From contig NC_042999.1 of NCBI RefSeq assembly GCF_006345805.1, positions 48,918,001-48,982,000 of the forward strand: a stretch of DNA of 64,000 nucleotides, read 5' to 3'. This DNA is from Octopus sinensis (lineage: Eukaryota). Positions 23,761 to 39,879 of this stretch are shown here, in pieces (the stretch's first letter is position 1; each line of letters opens with the position of its first letter). The notes under the pieces were generated by a model, which worked only from the letters and a program-made list of their open reading frames with translations, was not told the origin of the DNA and searched no databases. Position numbers and translations under genes: made by a program.

Positions 23761-25699
23761 CCTGTTTAAAATTTCGCAAAGGGTGCTTGTTCGTGTAACA
23801 TCAGAGCATGTGCATACACCGGAGGACATATATGCACACCTAGATGCCAGCATTATTTTGATTTCCCTAATCCTTAGCCTCAGTTTCATCTTCCGCATTT
23901 TAAACCCATAAATAGTCCGCGTAATGTGTTATATCACTCTGGCCCCAGGCCGAACCCGAGAGTTGTGGCGACTGAAGAGTAAATTCATACTTCCCCCACT
24001 AACCAAAATATACGTCTGAGGGTAAAATCTACATGAAAACTTTCGACATAATTTTGTTTCGAGGAATTTATAAGATTGTTTTCAACACTTGGCTTGAAAA
24101 CTATATCCATATCCCAATCGGCATTATCTGTATTGATCACACACATCGATCCATTGATCTTGCCGCATCTATCTTCCTTGTTATATTTAAAATTTAAACA
24201 AGTAGTACTGATCGTTTCTGTTCGCAGATTACTTGAATGTCTTCTAGTTATAACTTAATTTTTTTACTATTTTACAATCATATTTCTGTTAAATTAAACT
24301 AAAGGAATATATTAAAATATATTTTTCATTTAAGCAGTGTTTTGGGCACCAGCGATCATAAGATTTTGATGGAAGATGATCTTGAGAGAGCTGATATCAA
24401 GAGGTTTTGGAGTGTGTTCTATTTATTTACTGTGAGCTGTCTTATACTAATCTTTCAGCAGATGAATTCCTAACTTCGTTTCGATTGAAATGTAATATCT
24501 TATTCTAAAATTCACTTTTTATTATGGCTGTACGTAATCGGTAAAGTTAACCTTGTTCCAGCCATTGTTATAAATGGACGGCTATGTACATTGGCGAATA
24601 ATTGAAGATGTGTATAAATTTAAAGTATAGCAAACGTTATCTATTTCACATGTTGCTCATGTAGTTGGCAAAAAGGAGGTGATTAATTGCTCACAAAAAT
24701 ATATACTTATAGAAATGAATTTCTATAGACATCTCCCAATTCTTAGCTGTTAAACCAGTGTATTGCTTTATGATCCATATTGCGATAAAGACGGACATAT
24801 TTCCACATGAGTAGTAAACATTTTCTCTTATATATTCATATATATTCATATATACTCTGGTCAAATTTACAAACCTGACATTACCTGCACCCGTGCACTT
24901 TACTATCCAGTGGTCTCTACGTAAAATTATGTATCCAGAGAAATCAGAGCTAAGTGCTTCACTCTTAGAAATAGTTCAGACGTGATGAATGCAATTCTGA
25001 CCGTCTGTATACTTAGAAAGAAAAGATGCGTATTTGAATAGCACATCTTTGTATATCAACACACTTGCGTGCATAAATACACATACAATCATACATACAT
25101 ACAGACAGACAGACAGGCACACAACACACACACACGTCCATGTGTATGTGTGTGCACGCCTGTATGTGTATGTGTGTAATCTCCATCAGAAGAAATTTGC
25201 AATTGTCATTGTGTACTTACTTTAGAATGTAATTTTGATGAGAAAATATCTCAACTACGCTGTTTACCACAACGCGCTAACGACATTAAATGGTTTTCAT
25301 GGTGAAGTATCCGACCTCCCTTTCAAATCTTTAGTACAATGATCAATACCACTTCATTATCTATACACATGTAGATGGTCATTGAGAGTTAAGTGCATTC
25401 ACTACAGACAGAAAGTAGCATAGATATGAATACGAAAAGTCAATATACATTTTCTTGTTGTTACTATATACGGTTAACGTTTTAGTACATCTTCCAATTT
25501 AAATTTAGCAGTTCAGATGGGTTTCATACTATATAAAAGTTATGCAAATTTGTTATGATTTTCTATATAGGTTAAGTTTTATCAGCTATAGTGGATGGTG
25601 CTTATTCTAGATCTAATATGTATTATCTGTCAATCAGTATATCTAATATCTTCTCACTTCCTATCTCTCTTTACATATATAGTGGGGGAAGATACATGC

Positions 25700-27150
25700 G
25701 GAATTGGGTTCAAAAGGTAGAAAAATGCACTTACTGCACGTAGTAGAATTTATTAATTTGGCGTAGTTTGAAATTTCAATTTGATCTTGTATTTGTATGT
25801 GTTTAGTTTTTAGGCTTTGATACTGTTATCTTTATTATATCTTTTCGCCTTTAATGTAATAGATTCTAGCTTTATTTTCTTGTTATACTATATTTAAAGA
25901 AATTTTCATGATCTATTATAGATTAAACAATTTCTCTTGGCTTTTCCAAATATTTTTTGTGGACCTATAAAACCTATTTTTAGTAGTTGTCTATTTCTAT
26001 AATTCTCGTCCTCACTGTGTGTGCCGTAGATATATCTTATCTACATCAGCATTGGATAGATGGTTCCAGTCATAGTTTCATAGTTATTGTATCAAATTAT
26101 ATTTCTAGTGTTCGGTTCAATATTTCATATTAAACTCACTCTAACTTCAAATTCCAGTGTCGATTAAACGAGTATCAGCTGAATAGTAGAGAAGAGTTAA
26201 TCGATTTTACTTATCCCGCGTTTGGTGGTATATGACTATAAGGCGGCGAGCTAGCAGAATCGTTAGCACGTCGGGCGAAATGCTTAGCGGTATATCGGCT
26301 GCCGTTACGTTGTGAGTTCAAATTCCGCCGAGGTCGACTTTGCCTTTCATCCTTTCGGGGTCGATAAATTAAGTACCAATTGAGCACTGGGGTCGATATG
26401 ATCGACTTAATATCTATGTCTGTCCATGTTTGTCCCCTCTATGTTCAGCCCCTTGTGGGTAATAAAGAAATAGGTATATGACTATGTAAAACTTCAATAT
26501 TGATCTGACCCATCTATAGTACCTTTTTCTTATGTTCTACTTATTTCCATGAGTTTTATACTCGTTTCTAATTCTCTTTGTATTCCTGTGTATTTTCACC
26601 AATCAGTTCCTAACTTCTTGTATGGATGCTTCACATGCTAATTCTATTATAGTAGTATCTTGATTCAGTTTAATATTCAGTGTTAGTAGCTTTCTGTTTT
26701 CTACTAGCTTGGAAGTCGTTGTCTAACGAGACACATTACTTTATATAAGCCCAATTTAGGGTCAATTTTTAACACAGTTTTAGTTGAATACTGCCTCATG
26801 TAAATATTTTAATGTCATTCCTTCAAAAAACCTTGTTATTCTATCTTCGAATTTTCTAGTTATTCAAAGTTTAACTCAGTAAATATGTTAAACTGTTCCC
26901 CATTATCTAAGCGTGTGGTATACAGTTTATCCTTTGTTGCGGTAATCACTCCTTACCATTTTTAATTGTGTTTTCATCATCGTTGCTACCATTATCAGTA
27001 GCTCTTCTTGAAATTGAAACGTATTAGTCGGGTACCGTTTCTGTGTCTCTTAGTAAGATGATATCGTTATCATAATATCTAAGCGAATATGAGGTTTTTC
27101 TATATTGTTGTCATTTATGTGCAGAATCTGCAGTTTTCTTTCTGCCCCCT
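25700..27150 (-). mobile_element. Highly decayed R4/Dong-like LINE, copy 2
   Basis: LSNADVDKIYLRHTQ*GRE resembles the R4-clade DVDRLY.PR..GGRGL motif; A-rich sense strand. Confidence 0.5.
26241..26472 (+). mobile_element. SINE family A with a 13-bp target-site duplication
   Basis: GGTATATGACTAT at 26227-26239 and 26473-26485. Confidence 0.9.
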
Positions 27151-27809
27151 CTCTCTCTCCCTCTATGCCACATCTTGCGAAAAACACTGAGTGAAGCTTT
27201 TCTCGTTCAAAGTTTGATTCTTCTGTTTCTCATTTTGCTGTTGTCTCTATTTGGTCAACTTTTCTATAAACTGCTTCTTCCTTTTCTTCTATACAGAAAC
27301 ATAGACTTGTCTTCTATAGTTTTCTTTCTTCGATACTCACTAAACTCTCTTCTTCGTTTGTTTGTTTGTTTGTTTGTTTTCCATTTAATTCAGTATATCG
27401 GGTCCACATCTGTTGAATTCTTGCAATTTGAACTGCTTTCTTATCTCCCATGTCCTTTAGCATATATTTTCTACCTTTGATAATTCCTGTTCCATATATT
27501 CTTAGTGATGCTGCCCTCAAGTGAATTGCTTGTATAATATGCATCTGAATTCGATTTAAACTTTAAAAGCTACATTTCACGAAAATTTTCTTTACTGAGG
27601 GGATCCTTCATTTCTATATTTAATTATGCTTCTTCTGCATTGCATAGAGATCTATTCCAGTACTTTTTATCGATTTATTTACATCATCTGTGTCATAGCA
27701 TATTTCTCGATATTAAATATCACTAGAATGTCGCCACTAAATAGTCTACACTCTTAAGCCCACTCAGTTCTTACTTTTGACATCAAGCTGTAAATGTATA
27801 TATCTATAT

Positions 27810-27898
<89 letters not shown>

Positions 27899-27929
27899 CA
27901 TATATATATATTATATAGAGAGAGAGAGA

Positions 27930-28099
27930 GGCGTGGGAGTGGCTGTGTGGTAAGTAGCTTGCTTAAAACCACATGGTTCCGGGTACAGTCCCACTGCGTG
28001 ACACTTTGGGCAAGTGTCTTCTACTATAGCCTCGAGCCAACCAAAGACTTATGAGTGGATTTGGTAGACGGAAACTGAAAGAATCTCGTCGTGTATATG

Positions 28100-28143
<44 letters not shown>

Positions 28144-28356
28144 ATATATTTGTGTGTCTGTGTTTGTCCCCCCAACACGGCTTGACAACCGAATCTGGTG
28201 TGTTTACGTCCCCGTAACGTAGAGGTTCGGCAAAAGAGATCGATAGAATAAGTACTAGGCTTACAAAGAATAGGTCCTGGGATCGATTTGCTCGAATAAA
28301 GGCGGTCCTCTAGCATGGCCACAATCAAATGACTGAAACAAGTAAAAGTGTAAAAG
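27930..28356 (+). mobile_element. SINE family B, full length
   Basis: Head to tail present. Confidence 0.9.
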
Positions 28357-28416
28357 AGTAAAAGATATATATATATATATATATATAGATATATATATAT
28401 ATATATATATATATAG

Positions 28417-29505
28417 ATCAATAAATGGTGGGGTTGTGTTGACCGCACGTGGAGAAATGATAAGTAAGGAAAATTTTTTTTTAAAATGCAGAATGCTCAA
28501 ATGAAAGAAAATTTTAATAAAATGAGAAATGGATAAAATATATAAATATATATTTATTCAACCGGTTTTCGTCATTGTATGACTTGTCAAGAATATTTAT
28601 GTTTTAAGAAGTTTTTTTTTAAATTAGAAAGGGGAAAAAATAAAATTGCATTGTTTTTTGTAAAAGAATAATGATAAAAATGTACAAAAATTAAAAAATA
28701 AGTTCTCCGATACATTGTGAGTTCGTTGTGTATCTTGAGTTTTATGGTTGTTTACGAAAAAATTACCTTGAGGTGTTAAGATCCAAAGGGATTAAGAGCA
28801 TGTGTTGTGTTGTGTTGTTAAATTCAGCATGTTTGCAGGACAGGAAGTAGTAGTAATTGTGGTCCTGGTTCTTCAGTTCCTGTGTTGTGAGTAATAAAAC
28901 CCAAATTATAAAACTATCATTTTAGCTTCATTTGCATTATCTTTTTTATATAATTGCTTGTTAACTTAACTTTCAGATTTTAACACTTTATTTATATTAT
29001 TTTCTAATAATATAATTCTGCATAGACAATTGCATTTCAAATTGTCATATCATTTATAATAAAAATGATAGTAATAACAACAATAGTAAAAATGATATTT
29101 AAAGAATATAAGTTTTAGCTTGAAGTGATGAATGCATGGTATCTTTATATATTTGTGTTAGTCCATCCATGAAGAGTGAGGTAGAGAAAGGAAGTTTGAT
29201 CAACGAGGAGTTTGCATATTAAGTTGTGTTTGGAATTTTTCAATAAAGAGATTCTCCTTGTTAATTCTCTCCTGTGTGGTGATCCCGTCTTTACATTGGT
29301 AGAAGGGGAATATATAAAATTTGGGGTTTAAGTCTTTAGCACATGAGTCTAAGTGGTCACTCAGTGGAATTTGTCGGTATTCCTGGAGATTTATTTGTTC
29401 TTTATGCACCGTTACTCGTTTACGTAACGGGAGACTCGTTTGTCCAACATAATTATGTTGGCAACCAGCGCATGTGAGAACGTAGATAAGGTTCTCTTGT
29501 GAACA
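28417..29505 (-). mobile_element. 5'-truncated Penelope-like element (GIY-YIG C-terminus + 3' UTR), same family as 59948-62081; U3-A8 HHR-like motif at 28556-28594
   Basis: ENLIYVLTCAGCQHNYVGQT..HKEQINLQEYRQIPLSDHLD..KENLFIEKFQTQLN; near-identical to 59948-60975. Confidence 0.9.
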
Positions 29506-30496
29506 GTATCATGAGCAAAGGGATGAATACAATAGCATACAAGATAGATGACCTTGTTACTTGAAAGTTTCCTTTTCAGCCTTGAACATGAGTCAATAAT
29601 TCCTCTTCTTAGATCCACTTTCTAATGTCACATTACATTTTCAAACAGGCACCAATAATTTTTCGAGATCTTGATCGTATTTAACATCAACGCATTCGAT
29701 ATTGTGTCTCTAGTTGTGTGTCCATTCTCTATAATCGATCGACACTATACATAAATTAGCGAATCTCTTTCAAAAATATTTGAATACCATCTTTTCAACC
29801 ATTAACGGGTATTCACTTCCAGTTTCCCTGTTCTGTGTTCGACAGCCTTTTTGTTCACCAGGTATAAAGTGTTTCTCATATTTTTGTGGTTCACCTCTTC
29901 TCTAAATTTTCGTTAGTATATTCCATTTGATTTCTTGGTAATTTGAGGCAGAATTCCCTTTTAATTCATCTCTTAGTATTAGGCAGTTTCTTCCTTTTGT
30001 TAACTATAGTGACACAACTCCCTTTTATTAGCAAACTTTATTTCTATCACTATGGAGACTTGCAAGCGCTTTTAACCAGTAACCACGAACAAGGAGCTGT
30101 CCTGTTACTTTTCATTTTCTTTTCTGTTTTTAAAAACTGCTTTCAAATATTTGCTTTCTTATGGTCCTAACCATTTTCAGAGTATTTGTTCGCTTGCTTT
30201 ATGCATTGTTACAATTTCTCTCATTTCCTGCAAGAATATCTAGGTGGCGTTTTGGGTTTGCATGGAAAAAGGCGATTGTGCTTATTTTATTGGTTTCTTT
30301 CCTCGGCTTTTCTTATTTTGGCAGCTTTCTGTTTTCCTCTCTCCTTTCGCTCTTTGATCGTTGTGCTAATTTCGTTTTTCCTTACGTGATACATTTCATC
30401 TAATCTGCCTTTCTCTTTACTCTTTAATTTGCCTTCCTTCTACTGATTTGATTCAACTATAACTTTACTAATGCCGTTTCATCATCATTAGAACCT

Positions 30497-30728
30497 ATTT
30501 CTTTACTGTCCACAAGGGGCTAAATAACAGAGAGAACAAACAAGGACAGACAAACGGATTAAGTCGATTACATCGACCCCAGTGCGTAACTGGTACTTAT
30601 TTAATCGACCTCGAAAGGATGAAAGGCAAAGTCGACCTCGGCGGAATTTGAACTCAGAACATGAAGACAGACGAAATACCGTAAAGCATTTCGCCCGGGG
30701 TGCTAACATTTCTGCCAGCTCGCCGTCT
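30497..30728 (-). mobile_element. SINE family A with a 12-bp target-site duplication
   Basis: TCATTAGAACCT at 30485-30496 and 30729-30740. Confidence 0.9.
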
Positions 30729-30798
30729 TCATTAGAACCTGTCTGTTCTACCAGGGCAACTGCCGCTCCTTTTTTGCCAACAATCCAAGAACTAAATA

Positions 30799-30832
<34 letters not shown>

Positions 30833-31171
30833 TATTATTATTATTATTATTATTCGCTGCAGACAATGTAGACTATGTTTACAATACGCACCCAAAGGAA
30901 ACGATTTTACTAGATCAAATAAAATTTTAAACAAAAATACGCGCATACAGATAACTTCTTAATGGTTTACGTCTCACCTTACACGGTTTGATAATATAGA
31001 GCAATGCTTGGGCTTCATTTTGGGGGATGTTTATTTTCTTTCATATTTCTTTAAGTTTTTAAAAATATGTCTGCAATCATTTTGCAAATTGCTCACAAAA
31101 GAAAGTGAAAATAAATAAAAGAACATCATTTGCTCGTTGAGAACAAACAAGTGAAAACAATATTATTATAG

Positions 31172-31560
31172 GCACAGGAGTGGCTGTGTGGTAAGTAGCT
31201 TGCTTACCAACCACATGATTCCGGGTTCAGTGGCATCTTGGGCAAGTGTCTTCTACTATAGCCTCGGGCCGACCAATGCCTTGTGAGTGGATTTGGTAGA
31301 CGGAAACTGAAAGAAGCCCGTCGTATATATGTATATATATATATATGTGTGTGTGTATGTTTGTGTGTCTGTGTTTGTCCCCCTAGCATTGCTTGACAAC
31401 CGATGCTGGTGTGTTTACGCCGCCATCACTTAGCAGTTCGGCAAAAGAGACCGATAGAATAAGTACTGTGCTTACAAAGAATAAGTCCCGGAGTCGATTT
31501 GCTCGACTAAAGGCGGTGCTCCAGCATGGCCGCAGTCAAATAACTGAAACAAGTAAAAAA
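31172..31560 (+). mobile_element. SINE family B, full length
   Basis: Head to tail present. Confidence 0.9.
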
Positions 31561-31699
31561 AAATAATAATTGCAACATCATATATTAATATCCAACACGA
31601 ACAAAAAGCACAGCATTTATATGTTAAAATATTGACGTCAAATTTGAACATATTGAAAGGAAGTATTGGCAACAACAACAGAAGAAGTGCCCATATTAC

Positions 31700-33030
31700 G
31701 TTTAAGATAATATGAATAAAGAAACGCTATACCTACTAAACTTTCTTACAGTCAGAAACAATAATCTTGATATGGAATATTTTGCTGAAGGAACGAAAGC
31801 CTGAGTAATTTTGTAGACAGGACAGACGCCAGCCTACCACAAGCCAAATCAGATATGTAAAAGAAGTGATAATAATCCACCAAGGCCATGGGTGTCTATT
31901 TTGAGCGACCGTGAGAATAATTGGAAATGGCTCTGTCAGATATTTTAAATGAAATATCCTTTACAGGGAAATAAAACAGATGTGGTTGTATAGGCATTAT
32001 CACCTAAACAGAGGACAAGGTGACAGAGTGAATCAACGTACTACACGATACACGTGTTCAAAAGCTGGTTTCGCAATATTTGGGTAAAGTGAAACACCAC
32101 GGGTCAACTCAGTTGCATTGGTGTCGTTGTTGGTTAAAGTCTAGTCGTCACAATAGGAGCTGGAGTTCAGGACTAATACAAATTTTATGATATAGAGTGC
32201 AGCGAAGCAGCGAAACAGCCAGATGTTTTGTAGGTGTTGAAAAGAAGCAGTTGCAACTCAGCATCTAACGTAAATGATTTGTTTGCTACAAATGTTGCAG
32301 CAAGAACATAGAGCTTGCCCCGTCTTCTGGATGCAACTGGCGATGACAAGTAGAATGACTCACAACAACCAGAACAACTCCACTCCATACGTCTTGCTAA
32401 ATAGTCATGAAATGGATGCGTCTTTCATAAAAGCGAACACCAAGATGTCCTTGTAACTAGCAGTGATAAACATTTTCCAATACATCACAAATATAGAAAA
32501 CTCTTTAATAAACATAACCTAAAAATTAGTTTTAGTTCCACCCCAAAATTTAAAAGCATAATTACACACAATGCAACACAACGACACAAAGCCGGCTGCT
32601 CCTGCAGGAATAAAAGCTTGTACCCGCTATATGGAGTTTGTATGAGGACATTATCTATGAAGCCACCGCAAATACTGCGGACGCTAGTGATACAGTTTCG
32701 TCCAAGATATATGTGGGTGTCAGAGGGGAAATTTCAAAGCAAGATTTAAAATTACACCTTAAATTTCACACATTGATATAAACGAAAAACTACCAAATTA
32801 TCCAGATGTATATGATTATTTAAAGAACAAGGTGTCAAATACAGGATTTACTGGAATATTCTTAGCCAAGTCTAAACCTTGCACCAGCGGTAGTGGCAAG
32901 TGCGGTCTTTGGAATATGGAAAGATGGCTCATCTAGAAAAGTTCCTTGGACCCAGCTACATGTCTAAATTCAAGAACTGAACTGTTTGTTTGATTTACAC
33001 AAGTCACAAACTAAATGTTACTCATTTGGG
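31700..33030 (+). mobile_element. Decayed Penelope-like element of a different family, RT C-terminus + GIY-YIG
   Basis: HHKYRKLFNKHNLKISFSSTPKFKSII, CSCRNK, IIYEATA, KIYVGV, YWNILAKSKPC..GKCGL, CLNSRTELF. Confidence 0.8.
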
Positions 33031-33316
33031 TCCCCCCAAATCACGCTAGAATTCACCTTTTTAGTATGTTCCTGCAAAAGTTTTGCCATAAGTTTTAATT
33101 TCCATTACTTTTTTTAAATTTTATATATATTTTTTCATGATATTTTCCATTTTTCTTTTTGATTGTGTGAATGTGTACGTGTGCGTGTGCATGTATATGT
33201 ATGTATATATTTTATATATATATATATATGTGTTCAGGTGTGTATATATGTGTATGTGTATATGTATATATATATGTGTGTGTGTATGTATGTATATATA
33301 TATATATATATAAATG

Positions 33317-33382
<66 letters not shown>

Positions 33383-33535
33383 GGTATCTACGTATATATC
33401 TGTATGCGGGAGTGGGGATGTATGCATGTATGCCTATATATATACGTATAGTTATACGTATAAATGTCTAAATATATTTGTATGATGTTACGTGTATGCA
33501 TATAAACATGTGTATATGAGGATGAGGTTGCGTGC

Positions 33536-33567
<32 letters not shown>

Positions 33568-34095
33568 ATATATACATGTGTGCGTGTATGTGTGGATATG
33601 TGTGTATGCATGAACAAATGCATGCACACACCATATATATACATGTGTGCGTGTGTGAGTGTGTGTGGATATGTGTGTATGTATGAGCAGATGCATACAC
33701 ATACATGTTTGTGTGTGTGCATATACGTATGCGTGTTTGTGTGAGTGTGTATATATGTAGACGTTGTGAACGCAGGGGGCTATTTCTATGTATTGTGAGA
33801 ATATGGTTGCGTGTATTTTTTATATTTTTCCTTTTTCTTCTGTTTCTTTTTCTATCTGTTATAGCATTTTACCATTTATTCAACGGTCTTTTATAGCGTC
33901 TTTTGTTATCAGTAATCGACGAGAATGTATCGCAGCCCTTCACTCCGGCATTCGAAACAATCTTTTACTGTTTGTCCTAGCTTATAACATATATCTATAT
34001 ATATATATATATACATATTTTAAAGACAGAGCTCCAGCAAGGCCACAGTCAAATGACTGAAACAAGTAAAAGAATAAAAGAATATATATGTATAG

Positions 34096-34180
<85 letters not shown>

Positions 34181-34189
34181 CATATTATA

Positions 34190-35406
<1,217 letters not shown>

Positions 35407-38214
35407 TATATCTGTGTATCCTCGTATAGGCGCTCACAAACATACACTTAAATCAATGCATACTTATATATGTTTGTGTCTGCTTATGAGTGTGTGATCA
35501 AGGAGAAAGCTGTTCGCAATTGTGTACGTTTGTCTGAGTTATGCGTCTATTCAAACTTATGTAAAACGCTATAAATAAATGAAATATTTTTCTCAACGTT
35601 TGTTAATATACTTTTAACCACTTGGTTTCTACAATAATATAACTTTAGGTTATGAATTTACAGTCGTTATTCTCTACCACACGGCTTCGCTTATATCAAA
35701 GTACAGACATGTCTCTAAGGTTATTCCTTGGCCTCACAAAATGAAATTCTGAATCAATAAACACGAAATATTTTTCAGTCTTTCATACTGACATCAGTAC
35801 TATAGTTGTTGTTGGTTGCATTTAGCTAGAGTTCAGCCGTGACTGAATTTACCTACATGATATTATTTGACTCGAGTACAGTCATGAGTATACTGTTTAA
35901 CTCAAGTTCAACCATAATCAAGTATACTTATGCTTAAAATTGTTTCAACTGCCTCAATGCAGACATTGTTGTTGACTCAGCATATTTAGGAACATATAAC
36001 GCAGTATTTTCTTTGTTCTTAAAGGCAATTGGTTGTAATTTAATAGAGATTTGACTATATTTACGAGGTAGGGTTATTGTGATGAAATGCCTCTCTAGTA
36101 GATTCGATATTTCTCAGTTCCGGCTTAGTCACGATCAAGCGTACCTACAAAGGCACGTCAATGGTGAGTGTTGTATATTTTTATCTCGATGATATTTATG
36201 CCAAATGTTTTCTATCGTTTTCTATATAGTTTTAACAGAGTGGGATATGATTTTGACACGGTTTTTCTGCGTTTATTTTCTAGTAAATATATCTATCAGG
36301 GAAAAGACACCATCTTGATCACCGAATGACTGGCTGTGTTATCGGTTACATCTGCAGAGAGACAGAGAAAATTGTCTGGTAATGTTTCTTTGCGAATCAT
36401 TACTGCTTGAGAACAAAAATCTCGTCCCATGTCTAAATTAGGCTTCGATACATTAAGTACTAATATTATAGTGCAGGTCCATACATTTAACAAAAACCCT
36501 GCACCGGAAAGAACGTAGCCCATATTAATGTAGATTTGCAATTACTGGGAAAAAACACATACCGGGACCTAGTTCCCGTTTCCTATATGCGATAAAACTC
36601 TTCCCCCTAATCACCAATCACATATATAAATATAGTATTAACATTTTTTAAACAATTCATTTTTGTGTGTGTATACATTTCTCACTGAGAAAACGTCCAG
36701 AAAATGGAAGCTCTTCTTCATTTATACAGCAAATTATTTGAAGCGTAGTAAACAAAGGTAAGCTATTTAGTTAGAACGTTTATTTCCTCAGTGCAACCTG
36801 TCCGAAGTGATATTTACATTTTATCCATTCAGGATTGAAGAGAAAATTACTAGTGGAATGTTGGTGTCATGGTACTCATCTCTAACCATCCACAAAATTT
36901 GAGTTCTGTTGTCTATGGTAGAAACAGATAATAACGTCTGTCGCATTAGGAAAAATATTAATATTTACAAGCAAGTAATGTGCATAGCCACTTCAAAGTC
37001 GCTGTTCCGTTCAAACAGACTTTACCACGATTTTTTAACACCAAGAGGACATCTTCTCTAGATGGTGACGTTCAACACCTGAATCCGATACACTGACAGC
37101 AGAGGAGCGAACTTCTACCATATTCTAGCGACGGGACCAGCAGATCAGTTTGGTTTCGGGTTATTTCTGCCTCTCTTCAGTACTAGACACTTCGTCTGCT
37201 AGAGACGGCAGTAGCTCACTTTACAATTTATTTATATACTTTTAAACATTTTGGCTTGACTCTCTTTCTGCCCACTCTCTTTCTCTCTCTCTCCCTACCT
37301 CTCTCGCTCCTTCTCTTTCCCTCCTTCTCTCTCTTTCTCTCTCTCTCTCCCTCTCAGCATACACACACACATATATATATTAAACATTTTATATACTTCG
37401 TTACCTACATGTTTCTATGTATGAACTTATATATACATACAGAAATTGCATGAAGAAAGTGAATAGAGAGAGGTTTTATGAAGGGAAATGAAAGAACAGA
37501 AAGAGAAAGATAAGGATAGAATGAAAAATGCGAACACATAATTATATAATTATATATATATAGATAGATTGAATATGTACAAGTATGTTTGTACTTGTTG
37601 GTGTGCGTATATGTGTGAAGACATCTACTTAATGTACAAAAAAATTCACGTATAATCATATACATACGCATATGAGCACATGTATGTTCACGCTCTCATA
37701 CGAATGGCCATAAAGACGTACATTAAAACTGAAACATTTCAGACTTCTGATAATAAGAATCAAAATGATCCAATTACTGGCGCTATATTAAACACATTTT
37801 TCAGAACTCTTCTTTACGAAATACTGTATGGATTTCTTTGTTATTTTGTAAGCAAATGACTGATTTGCTATCTGTAATTCAACATCTTGCCAAGCGAATA
37901 TATCTTTATGGGTACAGGAATTATCTAAAATCGTGCAACACCACAAACATAGTGATTTCGAAATCAGGCATGAAACCTTAGAATTCCTGTGAAAAGAAAA
38001 TTTGCTATTGTGGATCTTATTCTTGGTTAAATTTGTTGCTATGCAATTAAGCACCAAAATATTTACGTCCTCATCTAATGAACAAAATGATTGCCTTTCC
38101 TTCACTGACTAGTGTCCTAAGTGATTCATTAGATTTATTATTTGTATTATAGACAGATATATATTCTTTTCTAACCTAGGCACAGAGCCTGAAATTTTGG
38201 AGGAAGGGGGGGCA

Positions 38215-38705
38215 GTCAATTAGATTGACCCCAGTACGCATCTGGTACTTATATTTTCGAACCCGAAAGGATAAAAGGCAAAGTCGACCTCGAAATACCT
38301 CTTTCCTTACTACCCGCAAGGGGCTAAACACAGAGGGGACAAACAAGGACAGGCAAACGGATTAAGTCGATTATATTGACCCCAGTGTGTAACTGGTACT
38401 TATTTAATCGACCCCGAAAGGATGAAAAGCAAAGTCGACCTCGGTGGAATTTGAACTCAGAACGTAGCGGCAGACGAAATACCTATTTCTTTACTACCCA
38501 CAAGGGGCTAAACACAGAGAGGACAAACAAGGACAGACAAACGCATTAAGTCGATTATATCTACCCCATTGTGTAACTGGTACTTATTTAATCGACCCCG
38601 AAAAGATGAAAAGCAAAGTCAACCTCGGCGGAATTTGAACTCAGAGGGAAATACCTCTAAGCTTTTTGGCCCGGCGTGCTAACGTTTCTGCCAGCTTGCT
38701 GCCTT
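38215..38705 (-). mobile_element. SINE family A multimer (about three tandem bodies, one head)
   Basis: Repeated GAAATACCT(A/C)TTTC(T/C)TTACTACCC junctions at about 38292 and 38478; head only at about 38700. Confidence 0.85.
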
Positions 38706-39844
38706 AAAAAATTAATATATTATATTAAATTCTATTTAATTCCATCTAAAATTGTTACGTCATCTATAGTTGCTTAAATATACGTTCAACACTTATGTAA
38801 ACATAAGCAGAGCCTACATATTATTAGATATCATATATAACATATTTATATGATAAATAACGACACGTCAGTTGTTATTACTTTAAGAGGATACGTTATA
38901 TCTTAAGTTTAGTGTAATAGGTTACTATAGGAATTTTAACTAAATATTTCAGAGAAGTATGTTTAATCAAAATTACAGTAAAATAGACATGCATTACCTC
39001 TTATATTGCTGAGAATTCTGAAGATAAAAGCTAAAAGGAAGAAAACTGTACTAACGACGATGTGATATTGATAACATTAAAGATAAAATATGCAGAAAAT
39101 GATTGAAGACAAATACAATATGTAAATAATACTATTACAATTAAGGGCGAATTCTAATGAATAAAGATTGAAATGAATTGGAAACAAATATCAAAATTTA
39201 TCAAAATATCAAAATTCTAAATAAACGAATAAAAGCTGAAACCACCATGTGAGGCCACTGTTAGACTTTAGAGTGGAAAACGCTAAAAACAAAGTATCAT
39301 CATTTTTAGGGTTATGAGATGAGAGCAAAGGTATACTTAGCTCATTTATTAAGAACCTGAATTCACAAAACAATATTATGTTGATAACACATTGTTGGAG
39401 AAAGCTTCCATCTACAAACAATATAACAAGTATCAACAAATCAAACTGATGATAAACAAAGACACTAGATCACGAATAATCATTCCAGGATATTTAGACA
39501 TAATGGCAACTTCACTAGAAGAACCCAAAGCTTCTCTTCCTTTTATGAAAATCTGAGCCCTAAAAGTAAAAAAAAGTATCTTCAAGTTCACTCGAGACAA
39601 ATATGGACGACCTCCAGCTTCCTAAATCGCAAACTTCTTTTGGCAATCATGAAATCTTGAAGCCCAATATGTAAATGTAAATAAGTCGACTTAGGGATTC
39701 TTGTTGCGTTTCTAAATTCTTTATGCTTGAACTTATTTTCCTATATATAAATATATATCTGAGCGTCCATCACTCCGTGTGTGTGTGTGTGTGTATGTGT
39801 GTGGAGGGTGTATATGTGTGTGTGGGGGTGTATGTGTGTGTGGG

Positions 39845-39879
<35 letters not shown>

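Larger units (their letters stand above)
27170..30460 (-). mobile_element. Decayed R4/Dong-like LINE, copy 1, split by nested insertions
   Basis: Ordered remnants: EQKGCR, IDY, VDLRRGI, IVFIPLLMIL (to about 29505); then SGDILVIFNIEKYA, IIQAI..YGTGIIK, TDVDPIY, ESLVSIEE (27800-27300). Confidence 0.7.

Noticed and set aside
28830-28880. CUGAAGA..CAGGAC/GUCCUG hairpin in the PLE 3' UTR (also about 60315-60365)
   Set aside because: No GAAA core segment or stem I/III, so not called a hammerhead.
36296-36541. 81-aa ORF and a possible 80-nt plus-strand exon (KRHHLDHRMTGCVIGYICRETEKIV)
   Set aside because: No recognisable homology and no neighbouring exons; needs RNA-seq.
37130-37185. CUGAAGA..GAAAC on the minus strand
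   Set aside because: Stem II is poor and there is no stem I/III pairing.
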